Source: a virus (lineage: Duplodnaviria; Caudoviricetes). From it: 64,000 nucleotides of DNA. A model generated the notes under the pieces. That model searched no databases, was not told the origin of the DNA, and saw only the letters and a program-made list of their open reading frames with translations. A program made the translations under genes and the position numbers. Shown piece by piece: positions 8,801 to 19,656 of the stretch. The stretch lies in the IMG/VR virus record IMGVR_UViG_3300031760_000010, positions 58,560-122,559 of that record; one strand, 5' to 3'. The stretch's first letter is position 1. Each line of letters starts with the position of its first letter.

Positions 8801-9043
8801 ATGACGAATATGTATGTTGTAGTTGTAACCAATAATTATAATGACAAAGGAGAAGCTATCTTATGTAAGACAAAAGATGACGGTATTAAGGAACTGAAGG
8901 AAAAATTCTTGACACTATGTGATGAAGCAATCAATTTAAACAGACACCACACACATGTGTCTGCTGATCTGCTGTATGCGGAAGTATGGGATGGATTATT
9001 GGCAACAGAAATGAGAGTACTACCCGCTGTGGGAACGAACTGA
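8801..9043 (+). CDS. small hypothetical protein, probably SOS-inducible
   Basis: Follows the SOS box; ends before terminator. Confidence 0.55.
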   Translation: MTNMYVVVVTNNYNDKGEAILCKTKDDGIKELKEKFLTLCDEAINLNRHHTHVSADLLYAEVWDGLLATEMRVLPAVGTN

Positions 9044-9063
9044 TTGTAAAATAAGGAGAAGAT

Positions 9064-9095
9064 AAGGAACCAGTAAACACTGGTTCTTTTTCTTT
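9064..9095 (+). terminator. intrinsic terminator
   Basis: aaggaaccagt-aaac-actggttcttttt. Confidence 0.7.
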
Positions 9096-9157
9096 AGATT
9101 AAAGTATACTAATTAACTTAAATATACTAATGATGGTATATCAAAGGAGGTTATATT

Positions 9158-9907
9158 ATGGCAAGAAGAAAGCCGAAACAGTACAAGCTGACAAACGGCG
9201 TGGTTTATGATCTGTATCTGACAGGAGACACGCATGTGCATATCTCTAGCGGTAACGAAAAGATTGGCAAGGGAATTTACAATCTGTCCTTGCTTCCGGG
9301 AGACGAACCGTTGAAACGGAAAGATGGTCTGCAGCTTACGAATATTGCTGGTACTTGCCATGGTTGCTGTGATGGTTGCGGTGATTGTTGCTATGCAAAA
9401 CGTTCTGCAATTCAGCATCACAATGTGAACATCAAAGCATGGGGTGAGAATACTATGCTTGCAAGGGAAGATACGGAAACGTTCTTTGCTGAGGTCCAGA
9501 CCTTTCTTGATCGCAATGTGGTTTCGGTATTCCGAGTTCATGTGGGCGGAGAGTTCTTCTCTTATGCTTACATAAAGAGATGGGTTGAGTTCGCTGCGAA
9601 GAATCCTGATGTGATCTTTTATGTTTACACGAAGCGGTTCGGATGGGTCGAGAAGGTAGACGAAGAGTACAACGGAGTTCTTCCTGATAATTTTAGAGTG
9701 CTGGTTTCGATTTGGCATAAGAATTACAGCAACCCGAGAGGCTTTGCAGAGTTCATTTATGACGACGGAACGGAACCTGAGCTGAAAGATGTTGTCCACT
9801 GCCCGGCAGTAGATAAGAATGGTCATGAGACTGGTGTTACTTGTTCGATGTGCAAGAGATGCATTAAGGCAAAGAAAGGGACCAGAACTGCAGTGTACGC
9901 ACATTAA
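9158..9907 (+). CDS. GP88-family protein (Cys-rich, radical-SAM-like)
   Basis: GNEKIG, TCxxxxxxCxxxCYA, FRVHVGGEF, YVYTK and TCxxCxxC motifs. Confidence 0.75.
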   Translation: MARRKPKQYKLTNGVVYDLYLTGDTHVHISSGNEKIGKGIYNLSLLPGDEPLKRKDGLQLTNIAGTCHGCCDGCGDCCYAKRSAIQHHNVNIKAWGENTMLAREDTETFFAEVQTFLDRNVVSVFRVHVGGEFFSYAYIKRWVEFAAKNPDVIFYVYTKRFGWVEKVDEEYNGVLPDNFRVLVSIWHKNYSNPRGFAEFIYDDGTEPELKDVVHCPAVDKNGHETGVTCSMCKRCIKAKKGTRTAVYAH

Positions 9908-9936
9908 TACATGATAAATTAAAACGCAAATAATTA

Positions 9937-9965
9937 CTTGACAGATAAGGCAAAAGGAGGTATCA
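9937..9965 (+). promoter_or_regulatory. sigma-A promoter
   Basis: ttgaca-N17-tatcat. Confidence 0.6.
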
Positions 9966-9967
9966 TA

Positions 9968-10354
9968 ATGGCAACAGAAAAGAATACAGCAAACAAAGAG
10001 TGGATGACAGCTTACAAACTGATGAGACTAGGGAAAGATGGTAAAGTGTATCCACTCTTTATTAATAGGAAAGAACCGACACGGTTCGGAGCAGTGCTGA
10101 AGGCAGAATGCTTCCCCACGAAAGGGTTCGCCATTCGGACAGGGTGGCACTGTTGTTTCACTCCTTATGCACCACATCTTAAAGAAGAACTCGCAAGTGG
10201 AGAAAGGAGAGTATGGGTTGAAGTCAAAGTAAAGGATTGGGAAAGTTATGATCGCCCGGCTAGCCAGGGGAATGCTTGGATACTGGCACAGAACATGGTC
10301 GCAGTAAGAGTAATGGATGAAAAGGACGTCATTAAGGTTAGGAGGGCTGCATGA
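9968..10354 (+). CDS. conserved phage hypothetical protein
   Basis: AYKL..YPLFI..GFAxRxGWH..SQGxxW pattern; AAGGAGG RBS. Confidence 0.65.
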   Translation: MATEKNTANKEWMTAYKLMRLGKDGKVYPLFINRKEPTRFGAVLKAECFPTKGFAIRTGWHCCFTPYAPHLKEELASGERRVWVEVKVKDWESYDRPASQGNAWILAQNMVAVRVMDEKDVIKVRRAA

Positions 10355-10617
10355 TGAAAAAGTTTTATTGTCCTGTAAATGGTTGGGATTACCCCTATTG
10401 GGAAAGAGACGGTACCTGCTCTATAGTTGATAATGGTGATGACCCTGTAAAGGAATGCGATGATGCAGCTACCTTTTGGGATGAAGATGATGATTATTTT
10501 GTATATGATTATGAGAACGGAAACATTGATTGATAATTGCATGTTGATAAATAGATAAATTAAACAAGAATAAACAAAATAAACAAGATTAGTAATTCAA
10601 GAAAAGGAGATTAAATT

Positions 10618-11553
10618 ATGGCAGCATGTGTAGAGACTATGTTTAGTGTAAGAGAGACACCGTGGCATCATCAGGGGACCGTTGTTCAGGATGCTCCGAC
10701 TTCGAAAGATGCGATCAAGTTGGCGGGTCTGGATTGGAGAGTGATTCAGCATGAAGTAGTAGATAAGGAAACAGGAATTGTGATTCCGGGATTTAAGATC
10801 AACGTAAGGGATATCGATAATAAGCCTTTGGGAATGGTGACTAATCGTTACCGTATCTGCCAGAACGAAGAAGCATTTGATTTCACAGACGCTCTGCTTG
10901 GAGAAGGCGTGACCTATGAAACTGCCGGAAGTCTTTCGTCTGGAAAGCGAGTATGGCTGTTGGCAAGAATGGAAGGCAGACAGATGACGGGAGAGGACTT
11001 CATCCCTTATCTTGTGTTTACGAATAGTCATGATGGCACTGGTGCTATTAAAGTTGCGCTGACAAATGTTCGCGTTGTATGCCAAAATACTTTGAATATG
11101 GCGCTGAATGGCGCTCAGAGAAGTTGGGCATGCGTTCATAAGGGAAATATTCAGGATAAACTTCAGGAAGCTTACAATACACTGTCCAGAGCAGAAAATT
11201 ATCTGGACAAGATGGAAGAAGAGTTCGGGGAATTGAAACTGAAGAAATTGACCGACGATAAGGTAAAAGAGTTTATTGATCTTCTTCTTCCAGTGGACGA
11301 GATGAATGATACGAAAAGAAAGATTCTGAATATTACGGAAAAGAGAGCAGAACTAATGTATCGTTATCAGGAGGCACCTGATCTGAGAGACATCGAAAAG
11401 TCTGGCTATAGATTTTTGAATGCTGTAAGTGATTTTGTTACTCATTCTGAACCACTGCGGCTGACCAAAAGTTACAAAGAAAACTTATTTATGAACGTGG
11501 TGGATGGCCATGCGTTTATGGATAAGGCATATGAGATGATCAAGGCAGCGTAA
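10618..11553 (+). CDS. DUF932 / phage-plasmid LGT family protein
   Basis: TPWH, LAGLDW, NSHDG and RVVCQNTL motifs. Confidence 0.85.
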   Translation: MAACVETMFSVRETPWHHQGTVVQDAPTSKDAIKLAGLDWRVIQHEVVDKETGIVIPGFKINVRDIDNKPLGMVTNRYRICQNEEAFDFTDALLGEGVTYETAGSLSSGKRVWLLARMEGRQMTGEDFIPYLVFTNSHDGTGAIKVALTNVRVVCQNTLNMALNGAQRSWACVHKGNIQDKLQEAYNTLSRAENYLDKMEEEFGELKLKKLTDDKVKEFIDLLLPVDEMNDTKRKILNITEKRAELMYRYQEAPDLRDIEKSGYRFLNAVSDFVTHSEPLRLTKSYKENLFMNVVDGHAFMDKAYEMIKAA

Positions 11554-13324
11554 TAAACACACTAACCTCCGGGGATCTATTCGGTCCCCGGAGGATAATA
11601 AACGCAGAAAGGACAGGGAAATGATTAGAGACGGATGGCACAATATATGTGCAACGGCCTATGTTTTTACCGAATCCGGAATGGTTTTACGAGCAACCAG
11701 ATGCTGGCGGCCAGCTTCGGTTTATAAATGGGATGCGAAGCTAGAATGCTGGACGAATGTTTGCCCGGTAAAATATGAGACGTTTCGTAAGGGATACCGA
11801 GAAGGTAGATATGATATTAAATAAGGAGACGTAATTATGATAGTGCTTAAAACAGTGGAAGCTAAAAACGTACTGACCAATGAAGTGCGAGTAAAGACTT
11901 ATATCAGTTGGGATGAGGTAAAGGAAGATTTAAAAGCGTATGCGAGGGAAACGGAAAGGACGGATTACAGAGCTAACGATATAGAATTCTGGGATCTGAA
12001 GTTACTTGGTGAAATATTAACGATTGGTTAATTACAAGAAGGGGGACAGATATGAATAAGATTACTTTTGAATCTTTATGTTTCGACTTTACAGTGGATG
12101 AAGCTATGGAAAGAGCAAGAGAAGACAGTACGTCAGATCGTTTTAAAACTACATATTCTGTTTGGCAGAACAGGAAGACAAAAAAAAGTAGAGTGAGCTG
12201 CTATGAGTTCGCATTGAGTTTTAAGAAAGAATGGAGAGTAATTGCCCAGTTTAAAAATGGAGAACAGATGATGTGAGTGATGTAAGGAGAATAAATATGG
12301 AAGCAAAAAGAGAATTAGCTGTAAACTGTATGCTTTATATGGATATGAAAGACGGTGAAACAAAAGATGAAGCGCTTACACGAATGCTAAATATTTTAGA
12401 TAAAGCTAAACTCGAATGGGGCATTTATGAATGTGAAGAAAGGGAGAAATAATATGAAGTACATAGTATCAGTCAAGATTGACGGCAGACTTGATGTTGA
12501 AGTTGAAGCTGATTCGTTTGAAGAGGCTCGAAGGGAAGCTGAGTTTGAAGCAGGCAACTGTGATTGGAATCGAGTTGAGTGTGTGGATATTGAAGCTGTA
12601 AATGCTGAAGATGAAACAGGGAAATTTATTGATTATTAAGGAGGGAAAATGAGTAGAAGTAGTGTTGCATGGCTTAGTAGTTTACTTATTTTATTCGGTA
12701 TAGTTCTTGCTATGGTTGGGAGTCCTGGAGCGTTAGTTATAAGCGGCTTATTGATAGGACTGTGGGCGTGGTTACTATGGGCGGCTTATGCAACAGATGA
12801 AAAAGAAAAGGAACATATTAATAGTTTAAGAGATGTTATTGAACAGTTGCGAGAGCAGAAGAAAGGATGATAGCATGACAAGAAAAATTATGTCGTTGGC
12901 AATTGGTGGTGTTCGAATTGAGTGTATTAAAGAAGAGGGAAAAGTCAATCCCTATGTGGTCCGTCTCGTATGGTGGGATGACGGTTGGCATCGTAAGAAG
13001 ATGGTTGCATATGCTGATTTTACTTCAGTTTTGTATTATTTGTTGGATTATCAGCATGCACATCTTGATAACGCGAGTATTGAAGTGAAATTAAACTGGA
13101 TTAAAAATTATAAGTGATAGGAGGGAAGAGAATGTATCAGATAGTTGTATGTTCTTTATTTGTATGGATGGAATTAGTAGTGACCGCCTGGGCTGCCGCT
13201 AAAAAAGATATATGGCTCACGGCATTAAACGGTTTTTGCGCAACAGGTTGGATTATTATATTGGTTTATCGTATAGTACAATTTGTAAAATAATAGACAG
13301 GGAAATCAAAAGGAGGTATGTTAT

Positions 13325-13528
13325 ATGCAGCGTAGAAATAATATTTACAGAGGGTCGCGATTTGTCGGGGATTGTGGTATAATTATACCACTTCCGAGAA
13401 TGTCAAGGCAGAGAGAAAAAGGACATATCAAGGATCTGTGGTGTCCTAAGTGTGGGAAAGTGCATGGGTTCAAGGAAGTGAAGAGCAATGAGTTTATTAT
13501 GACGATGAGCGGAGAAAGGATATGGTAA
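13325..13528 (+). CDS. small zinc-ribbon protein, ribosomal protein L33-like
   Basis: H(I)KDLWCPKC..HGFKEV resembles the L33 C-terminal half; AGGAGG RBS. Confidence 0.45.
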   Translation: MQRRNNIYRGSRFVGDCGIIIPLPRMSRQREKGHIKDLWCPKCGKVHGFKEVKSNEFIMTMSGERIW

Positions 13529-13536
13529 AATAATAA

Positions 13537-14145
13537 ATGATTGGGTTATTATTTCCATGGTTAATTATTGCTGCGGTTTTGGCAGAAAAAACAAAAGAAA
13601 AACATTATAATAGTATACAAAAAACAAATATTGCTGATTATAGAAGCATTATATATTATGATTATACTGGGTCTCCCAGGTATGCAGTAACAGACGAAAA
13701 GGTGCTTATTCATTCCATTAATAATATTAGAATGTATTATTCTTTGAAAACAGGGAAATTATTATATGATGAGGGAGATGAAATACTTCATTGTTATAAT
13801 CAATTTTGTCGAGATAAAGGAATGAGAGGACATTATGGTTTTATCGATGAGTATATGCAAGGAGTCAGGCATCCTGTTAGTCGCAAATTATTTTATTTTG
13901 ATGACATGAATAGACCATATATTTTATTCATGATTCGACCAGAATATACAACAGAAAAAATAAATACAAATTATTGTTGCTATCTATGTCATTTTAAAGG
14001 AGACTTGGTTCCTTTTGAATTGCAACGTAGTGATAATAATCGTTATGTATTAGAAGACTATATTGATAGATATAATATAGATGCAAACAGTATGATAATA
14101 ATACCAACAAATGAAATTCATTTTTATGATTTGGATAAAGCATAA
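13537..14145 (+). CDS. hypothetical protein with N-terminal hydrophobic segment
   Basis: AT-rich 202-aa ORF. Confidence 0.55.
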   Translation: MIGLLFPWLIIAAVLAEKTKEKHYNSIQKTNIADYRSIIYYDYTGSPRYAVTDEKVLIHSINNIRMYYSLKTGKLLYDEGDEILHCYNQFCRDKGMRGHYGFIDEYMQGVRHPVSRKLFYFDDMNRPYILFMIRPEYTTEKINTNYCCYLCHFKGDLVPFELQRSDNNRYVLEDYIDRYNIDANSMIIIPTNEIHFYDLDKA

Positions 14146-14173
14146 TATTTAAATATGACATGAGGAGGTCACT

Positions 14174-15160
14174 ATGAATGGTAGGGAAGAATATAATTAT
14201 CGGTTGAAAATTAAAAATGACAAATATATCCATGATCACCCAGAATTGAGGGGGTTTAAAAACTATTTAAGTGATTATAGTCAAACGACGGTTTATAATT
14301 ACTTGTTAATTATTACCAGGTTTAATGAATATGTTAAAAAGCCAGAACAAAGATTAACTATTGATGATTTTAGTGGCTATTTAAATATTATGAAATTTAA
14401 AGAAAATGGCGAACTACGTAACAATAGTAACATGATTACTATTTATCATGCATTGAAAAACTATGCTAGTTATTTAGAAGCTAAAGGGGTTTTAAAAAAT
14501 AATCCTATGGAAAAAGTTAGGCGGCCAAAGTTTTCTGAAAGTCAAATTACGATTCAAAAAAGGGAAAATGCTTTTTTGACGTCACAAGAAATTACAGAAC
14601 TGTTAAATAACATAAAACAGGGGGTAGGATCTTCAAAAGCAAAATCTTTTCAAGAACATTTAAAAGAAAGAGATATTGCTATTGTTCTAGTCTTTCTGAG
14701 CACTGGTATCCGTTGTTCTGCATTGTGTAATTTAGATGTAGATAGCTATGATGCTACCAACCATAGATTAATTGTAACTGATAAGGGAGATAAAACACAA
14801 TTTTTTTCGTTAAATAGTATAACTTGTGATGCGATTAATACTTGGTTACATATTAGGTCTCGTATGATAGCTGATACTGATAATTGTAATGCTTTATTTA
14901 TTTCTCAAAAACGGAAAAGAATGGATCAATCAACAATTAGTTACAATTTGAAAAAATATACTATTACCATTCAAGGCAAACATATCACTCCTCATAAACT
15001 TCGGGCTACTTATGGTACTCAGCTTTATGAAGCGACAAAAGATATTTATTTTGTCCAAAAAGCTATGGGACATAATTCTCCGACGACTACAGAGAGATAT
15101 GTAAGAGGCCAGGATGAGGTGACAAAGGAAGCTTCTGATATTATGGGAAGACTGTTTTAA
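14174..15160 (+). CDS. XerC/D-like tyrosine recombinase (SPbeta YopP-like)
   Basis: TGIR, KGDK, HKLR, MGHNS and TTERY catalytic residues. Confidence 0.9.
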   Translation: MNGREEYNYRLKIKNDKYIHDHPELRGFKNYLSDYSQTTVYNYLLIITRFNEYVKKPEQRLTIDDFSGYLNIMKFKENGELRNNSNMITIYHALKNYASYLEAKGVLKNNPMEKVRRPKFSESQITIQKRENAFLTSQEITELLNNIKQGVGSSKAKSFQEHLKERDIAIVLVFLSTGIRCSALCNLDVDSYDATNHRLIVTDKGDKTQFFSLNSITCDAINTWLHIRSRMIADTDNCNALFISQKRKRMDQSTISYNLKKYTITIQGKHITPHKLRATYGTQLYEATKDIYFVQKAMGHNSPTTTERYVRGQDEVTKEASDIMGRLF

Positions 15161-15663
15161 AAAGGAGGTAAATAAATTGTATAATTACATTAGACTGCTT
15201 CATGGATTCGCCTATGTAGATAAAAAGTCTACTCTTAAACATGGAGATCTGATCGGTGGCATTGATCAGGATCCAAAAGAAATTAAAAGGTGGCCGATTG
15301 ACAGATTGGAAGAAGCAAAACAGGAATTAGAGTTGCTTCGGTGTACATATACAAAACATTTTGATATAGAACGGTGGGAAGAGTATGCACTGGAATACAT
15401 TCAGGTAGACGATGATGGTGATATTGTAGCTTACGGTGATTATATTTATGCAGAGGAAGATTAAATAAGAAATGGCAATTTACATTCCGAATTATGATCC
15501 GCTTTCTTCATGTGACCTTTGTTTTATGGCAGACTATTCTCCTTTTGAAAATTATATACAGTGTTGTATAACTAAAGAAATTATTTCTGGAAATCCAGGG
15601 CTTGTCGTGCAGAAACCTGATACATGTCCCCTTATTAAGGTAGACGAAAGGTATATGGATTGA

Positions 15664-15921
15664 TTGGCAGAGGGAGGGGTGAATAGGGTGGAAGAATTAA
15701 AAAGGTGCCCGTTTTGTGGAGAACAGCCAGTATCTGGAGTTGAATTTTCTGGAAGCGATGGTGTAACAATAAAATTAAAAGCGGTTGTTCGTTGCCCAAG
15801 ATGCGACGTTTCAAGAGGGTTTGTTTTTAAAGCAACGGATATTAATCCAGTACCGTTTTTTACTTATGAAGTGGCTTTTGATAAAGCTAAAACGCAATGG
15901 AATCAAAGGAGTGACGTATGA
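15664..15921 (+). CDS. Lar-family restriction alleviation-like zinc finger
   Basis: ELKRCPFCG..CxxC..WNQR. Confidence 0.65.
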   Translation: MAEGGVNRVEELKRCPFCGEQPVSGVEFSGSDGVTIKLKAVVRCPRCDVSRGFVFKATDINPVPFFTYEVAFDKAKTQWNQRSDV

Positions 15922-16062
15922 CTTTTCTTGTGAGTATGATTGTTGGGTGTCTTTTGTGTATAGCGCTTAGTTTAAGCAGTATAGTTGCTGAATTAAAAGG
16001 GATAGAAAAAGAGTTGAAGTTGATGCGAAAACATAGGACCGATTGTTAAGGAGGGAAAATGA

Positions 16063-16488
16063 ATGTGGGTGGCTGTCGTGCTTGACTGCTTGCTTATTGT
16101 ATTTGTAGGAATAGCTTTGGTATACGTCGTCATGACTATCTGTAATTATATTAGTAATGACAGTGAATTTTGGTTTTGTCCCGCGCCAAAAGACAAAAGT
16201 AACTTGTATATTTCATTCGATAGATTCTATACATTGTATTCTATTGCACCAGATAAGTGGCGCTTGTACAGGGTGCCTCGTGGCGTGGAATATTATGATA
16301 AAATACTATATCATGATGAAATACTATATATGGAATCATTGATTGATAGAATACGATTCTACATGTTTTACAAGCACAAAGAAGATTTAAAGATCAAAGA
16401 GTGGACTGATAAGAGAGTAAAGGATTTGATAAAGAGCTGGCAGAACGATATTGATAATTTTAAGAGGGAAACCAATAAAAGAAAATGA
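16063..16488 (+). CDS. membrane-anchored hypothetical protein
   Basis: N-terminal TM segment; AAGGAGG RBS. Confidence 0.55.
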   Translation: MWVAVVLDCLLIVFVGIALVYVVMTICNYISNDSEFWFCPAPKDKSNLYISFDRFYTLYSIAPDKWRLYRVPRGVEYYDKILYHDEILYMESLIDRIRFYMFYKHKEDLKIKEWTDKRVKDLIKSWQNDIDNFKRETNKRK

Positions 16489-17252
16489 GAAAGATTTTTA
16501 TTATTGGCTGGTGTTTTATGGCGGCAAGGTTTGTGACTGGGATATTGATTGGGAGAAAACAAAGGAAGACGAGGTGAAGAATGATGAAAAATTTGATTAA
16601 CCGTCAAGAAGCAATTGATGAAATAAGAATATGGAAAACTAAAACGACTGTAGAGGGTTTAGTAAATCGTATTAAGGCTTTACCGGCTAGACGACCGAAA
16701 ATCGGGTGATGAGTACCAGGCGGTTATGATCTGTATTACATTGTATGTTCATGCTGCGGTTATCAGAGATATGATTATTATGAAACTCCGAAAGCAAAAT
16801 ATTGTGAGAACTGTGGAATGAAAATGGATCTTACATAAGATTAACATGTTAAAAATAATAATTAATCGAATAAAAGCAATGTTGAATGATTTACATTATG
16901 AAGTATGGAACGATTGGATAATGTCCGATGCTCTTGAATTTGGATTGGAGCCTGAATTTGTAGAAATGATGCTAGAATCCAATTATATAAATCATTATGG
17001 TAAAACATTGACTAAAATTGATGAGGAAAGCAAATGAATCAAATTATGTCTGCTTGTGGGTTAGAAAGTAGACCAAGATGGCTTGATTTTGGTCCATCTA
17101 AAGAACATAGATATCATTATCAGTGTTCATATTGTGGGGAAATAATTCATAAAAGAATTCTCCCCAAAATTTGTCCAAATTGCAAATCTAAAATGAAATT
17201 GATTTGAGGGTGATGTTGGTGAAAATTCAATGCCGCATAGAGGTATGGAAAG

Positions 17253-17558
17253 ATGACAATTAGTGAAAAGCAAATGAATATTGTAATAGATAATTACTTT
17301 AAAACAGAATGTGATGTAAATACATCTATACGCAAAGCATTTGAAAAAGGATTCCGAATAGGAGTACAAAAGGGTACTGCTCTTAAGCCAGAACAACAGA
17401 TCGGCCAGTGGATTACAGAAACGATGCGTTTTGACGAAAAGTATCATACTAATGTAATACATTGCTCTAAATGTGGTGTACTGAAAAAAATTGGTTGGAG
17501 AACTGAAGACATGCATTATTGTCCAAACTGTGGTGTAAAAATGGAGGGAAAAGAATGA
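17253..17558 (+). CDS. zinc-ribbon hypothetical protein
   Basis: GQWI..CSKCG..YCPNCG.KM. Confidence 0.6.
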   Translation: MTISEKQMNIVIDNYFKTECDVNTSIRKAFEKGFRIGVQKGTALKPEQQIGQWITETMRFDEKYHTNVIHCSKCGVLKKIGWRTEDMHYCPNCGVKMEGKE

Positions 17559-17872
17559 GTGATCCGATTGATAGGCAGCGGGCGATTGAATCTTTTTATG
17601 ATTCTATAGGCGGTGTGCCTGTAGAAGCGGTCCAGTATGTAAAAGAATATGCTGATAAAATGATGAAGAGAATTAAATGCTTACCGTCTATACAGCCAGC
17701 GAAGGCAAAGTGGATATGGAAAACAGGAAGCCGCTACGAGTGCTCTGAATGCGGGACGCAAACGGAAGTTGATGAAGTTATGCAAGAGCCTGTTTATAGG
17801 GCGTGTCCATATTGTGGAGCGGATATGTGTGATAATGATGGAAATGTTAAATGGAAAAGGTATTTAAGATGA
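17555..17872 (+). CDS. DxIxRQ-module zinc-ribbon protein
   Basis: MSDPIDRQ..LPS.QP..KW..CSECG..CPYCGADM. Confidence 0.6.
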   Translation: MSDPIDRQRAIESFYDSIGGVPVEAVQYVKEYADKMMKRIKCLPSIQPAKAKWIWKTGSRYECSECGTQTEVDEVMQEPVYRACPYCGADMCDNDGNVKWKRYLR

Positions 17873-17995
17873 ATGACTTGATCAGCAGACAGGCAGCGAA
17901 TAATCCGCTGGAGAAATGTTATACATGTAAGCATGTGTATCAGAGAATATCCGATGATGACACGTTGTATTGTAGATGTAGAAAGGGATGTAGGT

Positions 17996-18499
17996 ATGAA
18001 GAATTTAAGTCCAAAAGAAGCAATAACGATTCTGGAAGACATGAGGATTAATACTTCATTACCAAAAGCGGCGGTAATGCAAAAAAAACGAAATGCGGCG
18101 ATAGACATGGCAATTGACACTTTAAAGTATTCGGAAATGCCGAACAGTTCCGACTCAATTAGCAGGCAGGCGGCGCTTGGGGTAATAAAGCGCAAATTGG
18201 CAGAGCCAGCTTATCAACATGCAGGCGAAGATTGGTATGTTGATATGAATGACGCAGAATCTGAGTTACTTGAGTTGCCCTCCGCACAGCCAGAACAGCG
18301 GTGGATACCGTGCAGTGAGAGGTTGCCAGAAGAGAGTGGGCGATATCTTATTTCCGCTCTTGATGGAATAGGGAGAAGAACAACTGTTGCACCGTATCAG
18401 CCGAGATATAAAGCATGGACGATGACAGGAAGAATGGCATACTGGAAGGTTATCGCATGGCAACCACTTCCTGAACCGTATGGAGGAGACAATGAATGA
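17996..18499 (+). CDS. DUF551-domain protein
   Basis: WIPCSERLPE...VIAWQPLPEPY. Confidence 0.7.
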   Translation: MKNLSPKEAITILEDMRINTSLPKAAVMQKKRNAAIDMAIDTLKYSEMPNSSDSISRQAALGVIKRKLAEPAYQHAGEDWYVDMNDAESELLELPSAQPEQRWIPCSERLPEESGRYLISALDGIGRRTTVAPYQPRYKAWTMTGRMAYWKVIAWQPLPEPYGGDNE

Positions 18500-18846
18500 A
18501 GATAGGTGATAGATGTTTTGTTCACGGATACATAGACGAAATCCGCAAAGATACGGTAATTATCCGAAACACTGGTGGGTACTTCGGCACAGACCCGGGA
18601 GAGGTTATCACGGTAAATGATACTGCACATCCGAATTGGATTTCTCTGGAAGACAGATTTCCAGACAATAATATGGATGTTCTGTTGCAATTTGCAAGCA
18701 ATATGGGAGTTGGGTTTTTCGAAGACGGTGACTGGGCAATAAATACTGGTGATGGGATATACAGTGTTATTGGCTATGGGGAAGAAAAACCTATCGCATG
18801 GATGCCACTTCCTGAACCGTATAAGGGAGGTGAACAGGATGAATGA
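18496..18846 (+). CDS. DUF551-domain protein
   Basis: WISLEDRFP...IAWMPLPEPY. Confidence 0.7.
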   Translation: MKIGDRCFVHGYIDEIRKDTVIIRNTGGYFGTDPGEVITVNDTAHPNWISLEDRFPDNNMDVLLQFASNMGVGFFEDGDWAINTGDGIYSVIGYGEEKPIAWMPLPEPYKGGEQDE

Positions 18847-19150
18847 CTTAATCAGCAGACAGGCGGCGATTGATGCACTCCATATGCACTTAATGTACCG
18901 CATGGGAACGGATAGCAATAAAAAACGGCTTGATGATTGGATTAACAGTTTGCCATCCGCACAGCCAGAACGCACTTGTGTTAATTGTGGCAGGACAGTA
19001 AACAACGGTGGATGGTATGCCGATGGGAGAACCAGATGCCCGATAGAAGAACATTATGCGTTGCCGAAAGATGGGTTCTGTCATTTGTGGGAGAAAAGGA
19101 ACGTTACTGATGACGATTATCCAGAAAGGAGAACCGATGGCAGAGATTAA
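18839..19150 (+). CDS. MNDLISRQ-module protein
   Basis: N-terminal 41 aa nearly identical to those of the 19384 gene. Confidence 0.65.
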   Translation: MNDLISRQAAIDALHMHLMYRMGTDSNKKRLDDWINSLPSAQPERTCVNCGRTVNNGGWYADGRTRCPIEEHYALPKDGFCHLWEKRNVTDDDYPERRTDGRD

Positions 19151-19391
19151 AGTCCCGATACAAGTCAATCTGCCGGATGACTGGGTTGAGCAGATTGTGG
19201 ATCGCTTGCGAAATGATCCTGATGCAGAGTGGGTTGAGATCATACGGTGTAAGGATTGCAAGTGGTATGGGAGAGTAGACAAACGAAGATTCTATAGGGG
19301 CATGGATTGTTTGCAGAAACACATTGATACGATTGTTCCAGATAGAGACTTTTGCAGTAAGGCAGAAAGGAGAGGTGAACAGGATGAATGA
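19137..19391 (+). CDS. hypothetical protein (IRCKDCK motif)
   Basis: AAGGAG RBS; CxxC..FCSxAERR. Confidence 0.6.
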   Translation: MAEIKVPIQVNLPDDWVEQIVDRLRNDPDAEWVEIIRCKDCKWYGRVDKRRFYRGMDCLQKHIDTIVPDRDFCSKAERRGEQDE

Positions 19392-19656
19392 TTTAATCAG
19401 CAGACAGGCAGCGATAGATGCGTTGCATATGCACCTTATGTATCGTATGGGTACAGATAGCAATAAAAAACGGCTTGATGAATGGATCAATAATCTGCCG
19501 TCCGCACGGCCAGAAGTAAAGGAAATAGGATATGCAGAATGTGCAAATGCGATGCTGAAAATGTGGATAGACAACGTACTGACAGATGGTGAATACAATC
19601 GCATTATGGATAAGCTAAATGCCCATCATAATGCAGAGAGGAGACAGGATGGATGA
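19384..19656 (+). CDS. MNDLISRQ-module protein
   Basis: Shares its N-terminal module with the 18839 gene. Confidence 0.65.
   Translation: MNDLISRQAAIDALHMHLMYRMGTDSNKKRLDEWINNLPSARPEVKEIGYAECANAMLKMWIDNVLTDGEYNRIMDKLNAHHNAERRQDG

Noticed and set aside
7610-9904. Long minus-strand ORFs (7610-8377, 9113-9904 and similar shadows elsewhere)
   Set aside because: Antisense shadows of well-supported plus-strand genes.
11566-11594. GC-rich hairpin after the DUF932 gene (and the one at 2339) as further RT units
   Set aside because: They lack the TTTA and ATGA..GC scaffold and the crossing helices; more likely terminators or stabilisers.
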